From: Azolla caroliniana
Lineage: Eukaryota; Plantae; Polypodiophyta
NCBI GenBank assembly: GCA_043228905.1
Contig: JBHGNT010000010.1
Location: 5,828,001-5,892,000 of the forward strand
Direction of reading: 5' to 3'
DNA length: 64,000 nucleotides
Position numbers and translations under genes: made by a program. Within the stretch, counting starts at the first letter, position 1; each line of letters starts with the position of its first letter. Shown piece after piece: positions 55,453 to 64,000 of this stretch. Below the pieces are notes generated by a model. That model made no database searches, was not told where the DNA came from, and worked only from the letters and a program-made list of their open reading frames with translations.

Positions 55453-58400
55453 ATGGCTTCAACTACCTCCTTCTTTCCCACACTCTCTTTCATAAGAACA
55501 GGTAATTCTTCTTCTTCTTCTTCTTTTTTCACAGTAACCGCCCATGCTCAAAGAGTGAAGACAGAAGGCTCCAAAGGGCTCAAAAGAAAACCCACCAAAA
55601 CCTCCAATTTGAAAGAAACCAAACAAAAACCGTCAAACCATTCCATAGCCCTTGAACCTAGCCCTGCAAATGAGAAGGCTCCGACCTCTTCTAATGCAGA
55701 AGAAAAACTTCTTCTGTATGAGGATTCTCCTGACTTTGAATTTGAGAATGGGTATACTATGAGTGGAGTTTGTGACAGACTGTTGGAAGTCCTCACCATG
55801 GAGAAAACTACAGAAGAAGAATGGAGAAAGCTGTTGATTTTAAGTGGGGAATGGTCCAGAATTAGACCTCACTTCTTCAAGCGCCTCAGCTATCGTGCAA
55901 AAATGGAGACGGACCCTTGCAAAAAACAGAATATTCTCACTCTCTTGGAGAAGTTGAAAGTGGTATGATATATTCTGGTTCCCGACATTACATATATTTT
56001 ACATACATACATACGCATACAGATATACCCCCCCCCCCCCCCCCCCCCCCCATGTGGACATATTAATGAAATGAAATCTGACATTAATATGGGTGAAAAG
56101 GTCAACATGATACCAATCTCAGATTAACGGCTAGAGAAAGAGAAAACTAGTAGTACAACATGGATCGAAAATTAAATTAAAAACTTGTGCACGTTTAAAG
56201 GAAAGCAAAAAAGAATAGCACAAATTCTGGAGCCAGAGAGAAAGACTTTGAGTGCAAAGAATAAGGGTACAAACATCAAGTTACTATATGATGGGGAGAG
56301 GCATATGTGACCCCATGAATTCTCTCATATATTTCTGTCTGGTAGTGTTATGTTCATGTTATAGAGTAGGTACGGCACCGAGCTCAGGAACAACGTTGGG
56401 ATGGGTATTCAGTGCTCGCGTGGGAAATTGTGGACTGGGCCAACTGTGGTCAGTCATCTATAAATGGAGGACTGAGCATTATTTGTGGTATGATGATTGC
56501 CAAAGTATCCAAAGAACACTCATCTTAACCAAAAGTTAGTTCTAATGGTGTAAATAAAAGTCTACTACATAGAAGCCAGAATTGTAATCAATGCCGACTT
56601 AACAAGACAATATGTCTACATAAAGCTGACATGCTACATCCACTAGAAAGTTTTGATGCCAAGGGGCAAAATATATTTATGGATTTATTCTTGGTTTCCT
56701 TCGTAACTCACCATGGCGATGCAGAGATCTGGATTTTGGTGGATAAATTTGCAAAGATGCTAAAGTTCATCGCAACAAAAATAGCAGAGAAAGCAATAAT
56801 CCATGATTTGACTCAATGTTTGTTGACCAGCTCTGGAAGCTGTATTGTTTGTCAGTAGTTATTGTGATTCTAAGTTTAATGCACGATGGTGTGATGTCGT
56901 CAGTATTTGCTTACCATGAGAAGAAGTGAACCATGTCATCATCCTGTTCAAATTGAAAGAATGAATCAAACATTGGAAGCTTGGGCATGTGTTAGTGATC
57001 AAATTGGAAAAGATATCTCCCACAATTAGAGTTTGCATATGATAGTAGTAATCATTTGGGTATTGATTTTGGTAAAGTTATGTTGATGTATGGATATGAA
57101 CTCAAATCACCAATTGTCGTGGGCTTAGAGAAAGTCGAAATATGTGAAGCTCATCTCGAATGACAGGAATAAACAACCTGATTTGGTGGGGTTGATATAA
57201 AAAGAACTTGTGATGGAGTTACAACCTATGCTACCCAAAGATTATAAGTTTATGAGAACTGGAAAGTGTTTTTCAGCTTGATTTTGTGGTCCTTTTAAAG
57301 ACACAAAGAAGATTCCCTCAATCACTTATAATTCAGCTTTTCTGTTAGATGTTATGGTACATCTCGTTTTTCATGCCAGTTGTCATTCTTATTTAGGAAA
57401 GTGTTTTGTAAGATGATTATTGGCCATTCAATGGGTCATTTGTATAAAAGAAAATATTAAACAAGGAAAAATATTAAACATTAGTATAGGAAAAATATTA
57501 AACAAGGAAAAAAGGACAATTTTGGAATCAGGAAATTAGCTGTTGAATAGTACCGTCAGATACCCAATGGTCAGACTAATCTCGAAGGGAGGGGGAGGAA
57601 AGGCAAACTGAAGTTAGAGTAACTCAATGTTTGGAGTTGAGAGGTAGTTTACCATCTCTTCCTTGTCTGATTTTGATGTTATTATGTATGGATTTGCATT
57701 GAATGTCTGCTCATTTTATATATGTATTTATAGGATCATTTCACATAGATCCATAACTCCTACCTTGTAAAGGCTGAGATATTTTGTTGGGATCTTGAGT
57801 TTCGTCACGTATACATGTGAGAAATTGTTTTAACAACTTAAGAATTTGAAACCATCTTATCAAGAGGATTTCTGTGATGTGTACAGGTTGACGAGGACAT
57901 GGAAAAACATAATCAGCTTCTCAATTACACAAAAGAGCATTGGCCAGAGTTGGATGTTGTAGTTGCTGGAAGAAGAAAAGCTTTCAGCAATGATTTCTTT
58001 CATTACATCGAATTGGTTTGTGATTCGTATTATGATCGAACTGATAAACGTGATGGTAAGGTTTGATGCCTATTGTGAAATTTGCTTGCATTCTTCTACA
58101 ACATGTTTTTGCAGGAATGGTCATACATAAGGGGGTTTGATTAGAAAGTTTCACCATCATATATATTGAAAATCTAGGAAATGAACCCATGTCTGTGCTA
58201 TAATAGGATACCCATGAACTTTATGTAGAATGGATTTTGTGATGAAGCATCTGAAAACTTCTCTTCATACGTCTTGTGAGAGTAAGGCAACAATCTTCGA
58301 AGATGTGCACATAGAAAATCAGAGTAATCGTTTAGATTAGATCTGAACCAGCTCTTAATGTTTAGTGGGGGGAACATGTTAATTTGGTAACTAAAGTATT

Positions 58401-60051
58401 TGGATTCATACATATACAGACCATGATTTCATAAAGAAAGTCATGCAAACCTCTCTTTACTGTGTTATAGCTAGAAAGGATAAGAATGAAGATGCATCTT
58501 TGTTCATTGGAGAGGGAATTAGAGTAGTTCAATGAGTTGATGGGTAGATAAGTACTCTTCATTCACGAGGATAGAACACAGCAGTATGGCTGCTGGTCAA
58601 ATGCGAAAAATAAAAAAATCAAACACCTATATGTACTAATTAATATCTGCTGACTAAGTAAGTTGCTTTAGTGAAACTTAAATGTGTGACTAATTAATTT
58701 ACAGTGAGTAATCAACGTGGCAGTAATTAATTAAGTGCTTTAATGTCAATAAATTAGTGAGCGCATTAGTTAATTGATTGATGGGGCAAATAATGTGGGA
58801 TTTTTGGCAATTACACTTAAAAAAGAGAGTGACATTTTGACAAATTTCCCTTATACTTTTATCTTGTCAAACTACCAAGCCATTATTCCTGGAATTTGGT
58901 AGCATGAGCTTTTGAAAGCCTGATAATTCCAGTGAATTTTGCCCTTCATGTGCATTACAGATCTGGCCAGAGTGGCTGCAAAATGCCTTGCTGCAGTTCA
59001 AGCTCATGATAGAGCTATAGAGGATAAGGTGGCAGTTACCATTGCTCAACAGAAGTTTGATGATATTTTGAACTCTCCATCTCTCGAAGAGGCATGCAAA
59101 AAGGTTGATGTTTTGGCGAAGAAAAAACAATTGGACTCAACTTTAATGCTGATGTTTGCGAAGGCATGGGCAGCTGCACAAGAATCACCTAATATGACTG
59201 AAGAGGTTAGAATTCCAGTTAAAAACCAAGGGTTTTGATAACTTTTTTTCATTGAAATGCCTCCTTTTAAAGGTTATTGGATGCTATGTTATCATGTATT
59301 ATGCAACATAGGTCAAAGAATTGATGCATCATCTTTATCTCGTGGCAAGAGGACACTTACAACGGCTAATACCCAAAGAAATCCGGATGTTGCAACGTAT
59401 TCTTGCTATTGAAGATCCAACTCAACGTTTCTCTGCTTTAAGTGAATCCTTTGCGCCTGCAGAAGAGTCTATCGACAAAGACAGGGAAGACTTACACACG
59501 TAAGGCTGCCAACTTGAATGCATTTGTAAAGCTTTTGACTTAAATGGATATGGATGGCATCCACTTTGCATGCATAAGTAAACGTCTTGACTTGAAAGAG
59601 ATATGTCAGACCTTGAATTCTAGGGTCTAACCTTTAAGCATGCTAATCTACTGGAGTGCATATGCAAGCTTTGACTTGAGTGCACTTACATATGGTCTTG
59701 ACCATTTGAATGCATACACATTAGTCTTTAGAGCCAAAAAATGGTAATCTACTTGAAACTCTTGACTTATAATGATGCATGTGGATTAGAGAAATGGAAA
59801 ACCTTGGCTTGAAATTGGAAATGCATATCCATTTGAGTTTTTGGATATTATCTAAATGCTCAAGTACTAATATGAGTGTCTTTCTTATCAGGAAGCCAGA
59901 AAAGCTACATAAGTGGATGAAGCTTGTCCTTGATGGATATCACCTCAACAAGCAAAGTACTACAATGGACTCAGCTCGTCAATTGATGAATCCAACAATC
60001 ATCAATCGCCTGATACAACTCAAAGATATTGTAGAAGATCAATTTATGTAA
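55453..60051 (+). CDS. At4g37920-like uncharacterised plastid-targeted protein, 5 exons
   Basis: Ser/Thr-rich transit-like N-terminus. Exons 55453-55962, 57887-58055, 58961-59206, 59312-59499, 59892-60051. Motifs GYTMSGVCDRL, AQQKFDDILNSPSLEEAC, LDSTLML..AAAQES, PKEIRML..DPTQRFSAL, LHKWMKLVLDGYHLN..RLIQLKDIVEDQFM. Confidence 0.9.
56400..57400 (+). mobile_element. Decayed Ty3/Gypsy integrase fragment in intron 1
   Basis: LHPL..IFMDL..IWILVDKFAKMLKF, QIERMNQTLE, PQLEFAY, FCGPF and VHLVFHAS motifs occur in order across frameshifts. Confidence 0.75.
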
Positions 60052-61099
60052 GGGTGTTTGATGTGAAGTGCTCTGGTCAGAATTATTCCACCAAAGTCTT
60101 TCAAACGTTGAAGATCATCTACAAGCTTATAACATCGAAAGAAGTTTCATCAATCATTTGTTATCAGAGCTATTGAGTCTCTTGCTTTGCATCATTGGAA
60201 TGATATTGTCCTCCATAGGTCATAGCAATCAAATGATGTAGCTCAGCATTGGAAAATTCCCAAAGCTATCTAACCTTCTCTTTTTTAAGCCTATTATGGT
60301 TTTCAAATCAAAGGATATGTGACATATGCTCTCGTTCTTGATTAACATAAATATGATCGAACAGATCCGTCCCCCAGATATTGTACATTTTTAGCATTTC
60401 CTCTCCAATGAGGCATTCTATTATTTTCGGAAGCCTCATTGAGCTATTTATTGTAGAGTATGTCTTAAATAGTTTAGTATCGTTATGAAAATAACTGATT
60501 TCTTCTATTTTTAAGAGGACAACTTAAAATTTTCGGATATCCATTACGAAGTGCTTTTCTTTTCCACCATTGAAATTTTATGCTAATTCATAAGTACATT
60601 CATGCAATTGTGTTGTGTACATAGTGCCATGTTTTAACATTGTGTTAAACTCTATGAGGTATAGCTTTGTACAATCGTGTTGAATGCTAGTTTGGAACAA
60701 GTCCAAGGTTTGATCAAGAAGCTAATCTTTGTAGTAGCTTCAAAGTAGGCAATTAAGTTCTTGTGAAGAAAGGTTCTTTTCTGTTCAATGAATACCCCCA
60801 TGCTTTTCAAAGGCAATATTGTTGGCAAGACCAATGTATGGATGAAGTAATTTTTCAAATACATTTGAGGACAATTGCAACTCACGGGGGAATTATCTTG
60901 TGAGTATAATTTAATATGTAGGATGTCTACATATTTGGGGTTTGTGACTAAAAGAAATATTGTGCAAGTAACAAGGGGATTCAATTTTGTACATCTTCAA
61001 AATCAGCATGTTCCCCATCCCCTCTTTCCTCACTTTTAAAAAGTAAATACACTGAGAAAGAATAACATTTGGACATCCATGGTCCATTCACACACTTTA

Positions 61100-61512
61100 T
61101 GTGTGTGGCCAGAAACACTAGCATGGCATATGCATGCCAATAATTTGTTCGCAACAAACGTAGTTGAAGCCATCATTAATCCTCGGTGTGTGGAATGAGG
61201 AGGATCTCTACACCTGAGATCGAAAGGAAGGGTGTGTGCGGCCAAACACAAGCAAAGCATGTGCGTGCCAATAATTTGTTCTCAACAAATGTTGTGCATT
61301 TTCTCGAAGCTATTATTAAACCTTGGTGTGTGGAATGAGGAGGATCTCTACATCTGAGATCGAAAGGAAGTGTGTGTGTGGCCAGAAACACAAGCAGGGC
61401 ATGTGCATGCCAATAATTTGTTCTCAACAAATGTAGTGTATTTTCTCGAAGCTATTATTAAACCTCGGTGTGCGGAATGAGGAGGATCTCTACTTCCGAG
61501 ATCTGAAAGGAG
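61100..61512. repeat. ~140-bp tandem repeat x3 upstream of the GT61 gene
   Basis: GGCCAGAAACAC..GCCAATAATTTGTTC..GGTGTGTGGAATGAGGAGGATCTCTAC..GAGATCGAAAGGA occurs three times. Confidence 0.9.
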
Positions 61513-62149
61513 GAGTTCTACAAGAACTAAGACACGAAAGGAGGGGTGCTACGAGAACTAAAACGCGAAAACACGAAAGGAGGAGGTCTACAAGTTTTAC
61601 TTCTGAAGCTATTTTCTTTAATTCCACGAGTGACCCTTAAGTTTTTCCATGTTGTTTTCTATGGACAATGTCCTTGGCTTTTTTTTCTTCCCCGGTAAAT
61701 ATTTGAAAGGCCGGTTGTTTGCTCAAAGCGGATGAGACAAACAGGGGCCCGAATCGACAAGAGAAGCCATCGGGTTCGAACAGATATCATGGGCATGGAT
61801 AGCATTTCAAAAAATAGATGAGAATGTAGGAGGGGTATTTGAGGAAATAAAGGAAAACCCAGGAGGGTTATTTCTGAGTTTTTCCTGAACTTTCTTCTAT
61901 ACAGATTCAGGAAGGAATCTACACGACAGCAGAATTTCTTTCTTCGTAAGCTCCCGGTGGGCGATCCCGTCAGAAAACGCAGAATGCGATCTGATGAGAT
62001 TGGCCTCGAAACTCTTCTACGATGAAGAATCTAATGGGTTTGTGACAAAAAGAAGAAGTAGCTTGCATAGATCTTTCTGATCTTTGGATGCTTTAACCTA
62101 GAGAGAGCTTCAAGTATAGCTTTTGAATGGGTCCTCTGCATTTCCCACC

Positions 62150-63550
62150 ATGCCTCCAAGCTCAAAACGCCAAAACTCAAACAGAAGAGGTTCTTTTCTT
62201 TGCAAAAATTCTGTATTTGCTATTAAAAGAAGCACAATGTACTGCATTTTGCTAGTTTTGATCATCATATCAATTTGTATGTTACCAATAGTTATATTTA
62301 TCCTTCCTTCTATGCCCCCAACGCCCCCATTGAGAGCAAACAGATTACCTTGTCGTGATGATACTAAAGGCTATACACTTGGAGAGATGGATATTTGCAC
62401 TCATACTTGTGGGACCTTATGCTTTCCAAGGGTTCGTGGCATATGTTTTTCTCATGAAAAGGTCACCATTTGTGATGGGCGCCCACTAGTAACTCGAGAA
62501 GTGTTGAGCCAATTACCTTCGGAGATGGTGTTCAAAACCAATAAGAAGGCAAGACAAAAGATATCGATCCAACATGGTAACAGCAATATTTGTGATGCTG
62601 CAGGAGCTCACTGGATCCCAGGCTTGAATATGGTTGCCGATCTTACCTTGATGCCCACTGGAAATTTTGGGCCGAACCCACATCATGAGGCCGAGAAAAT
62701 TATCCCAGCCATTCTTTTCTCACAGCTTAAAGAGTTCAAGAATTCTACGCTATATTGGTTCGCAGATCCCACAGATCCAAAAATGATCTCTAAGTGGTCC
62801 CTTGGCCTCTTGGAAGTATTTTCCGATGACCTAAACGTGAAGTATCTGTCACCGGTTGGAAGAAACGAAGGTTCGATATGCTTCGAAGATGTGATCCTGT
62901 TTAGTGGAGTTACCAATTCTGGATACATACCAAATGTGGTGACCCATGATTGGTTCAGAAACAGGGTGTTGGAATATTGCAACATCCCTAGTGTGAATGC
63001 TAGCCGTCCAATCCGTGCTGCCACCATTGTCCACCGGAATAACTCCTCCAGAAATATTGGGAACCATGAGCTGGTAAAAAATACAATGGAAGAAAAACTA
63101 AAGGTGCAGATAAAGATAGCAGTACCTGGACCATGGGAATTTTGTGACCAAGTCAAGTTGGTTGCCGAGGCAGATATTGTCTTAACGCCTCATGGATCTC
63201 AGAATGCAAATTTAGTGGTTCTTCGCCCTGGGGCAATAGTAATAGAGGTTTTTCCTCTCCTTTATTACATTGATTGGTATAGTCATTACTTGCATGCTGG
63301 TAGAATAAGGCATTATGAGGTGTTTGGGACATGGATATCAGAACAGGGAGGTAGCATGCCACTAGTTATGCGGCTTTATGCCTACCTATATGGATGGCAA
63401 AAATGCTTCTTTGTTAAGAAATGTATGAATTATGGGAAGAATCAACAGATCTATGTTGATGTGGCTTATCTAGACAGGCTTTTGCAAAGCCTTATCGATA
63501 AGTGTGATGTAGTTGTTGAACATTCTGATTGCCTTCTGAGAAGCAAATAG
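62150..63550 (+). CDS. Glycosyltransferase family 61 (DUF563)-like type II membrane protein, intronless
   Basis: First ATG at 62150. N-terminal TM CILLVLIIISICMLPIVIFIL followed by a Pro-rich stem. C-terminal QVKLVAEADIVLTPHGSQNANLVVLRPGAIVIEVFP matches the GT61 Q..AD....HG...N.....PG..VIE..P signature. Confidence 0.85.
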   Translation: MPPSSKRQNSNRRGSFLCKNSVFAIKRSTMYCILLVLIIISICMLPIVIFILPSMPPTPPLRANRLPCRDDTKGYTLGEMDICTHTCGTLCFPRVRGICFSHEKVTICDGRPLVTREVLSQLPSEMVFKTNKKARQKISIQHGNSNICDAAGAHWIPGLNMVADLTLMPTGNFGPNPHHEAEKIIPAILFSQLKEFKNSTLYWFADPTDPKMISKWSLGLLEVFSDDLNVKYLSPVGRNEGSICFEDVILFSGVTNSGYIPNVVTHDWFRNRVLEYCNIPSVNASRPIRAATIVHRNNSSRNIGNHELVKNTMEEKLKVQIKIAVPGPWEFCDQVKLVAEADIVLTPHGSQNANLVVLRPGAIVIEVFPLLYYIDWYSHYLHAGRIRHYEVFGTWISEQGGSMPLVMRLYAYLYGWQKCFFVKKCMNYGKNQQIYVDVAYLDRLLQSLIDKCDVVVEHSDCLLRSK

Positions 63551-64000
63551 ATGATGATGAATAATATGAGATTTACAATTTTGGCGTATGACGCTGATAC
63601 TTCTATCAATAATTACGATGTTAAAGAATAAAATGGATGATAGGATTACAACTCTGGTGCTGATCGCTCACCTTGTTCAAAATGAATTCAACTTAGTGAT
63701 GAAACCGTATGGCATATCATAATCACGTGGCAAAGAAATTGAAGAGCTTTCCCTTAAAAGCTGTTCAAATGCAATTCAAATGAGTATGAAACCTTGACGT
63801 ATAAGATGTGGGGAGAGAACATATAATTTTGATAGAAAGCCGTTAAAGATCCCTTTTTATTGATATACCTAATTCATAACACTCTGATCATATTCCCTCC
63901 ATTCATTTTGGTGATTCAGATAAGTTATTCAGTCTCATGCTGTTAGGACCTATTCATGTAACTAGATTGTGATTTTCTGAGACTGTCATGATTCAATATT

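Noticed and set aside
61770-61785. GGTTCGAA as a tRNA B-box
   Set aside because: No cloverleaf or A-box around it.

Overview
AT-rich, intron-containing land-plant nuclear DNA. It is most likely from a seed-free plant such as a compact-genome fern; this is an inference from a MAPK15/ERK7-type kinase, plant-type NAP1/PORR/At4g37920 genes and the gene density. Seven genes were reconstructed by hand: PFP beta subunit (-, runs off the left edge, four +1 frameshifts), MAPK15/ERK7-like kinase (+, 15 exons, one GC-AG intron), an intronless PORR protein (+), UDP-glucose 4-epimerase (-, 9 coding exons), NAP1 of the SCAR/WAVE complex (-, 23 coding exons), an At4g37920-like plastid protein (+, 5 exons) and an intronless GT61 glycosyltransferase (+). 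Intergenic and intronic space holds Copia, Gypsy, LINE and CACTA remnants, a probable solo LTR, several hAT-type MITEs and many short tandem duplications. The most notable structures are: (1) a 2.6-kb composite hAT transposon, in which two related elements flank a Copia cargo and a single 8-bp TSD sits only at the outer ends; (2) a ~720-bp palindrome with two inward-facing TATA boxes and mirrored small ORFs, a candidate hairpin-RNA or young MIRNA locus; (3) a PORR gene apparently driven from, or carried in, a hAT element end; (4) repeated local duplication of exon pieces. No tRNA, rRNA or CRISPR features were seen. All homology calls come from recalled family motifs; no searches were run.
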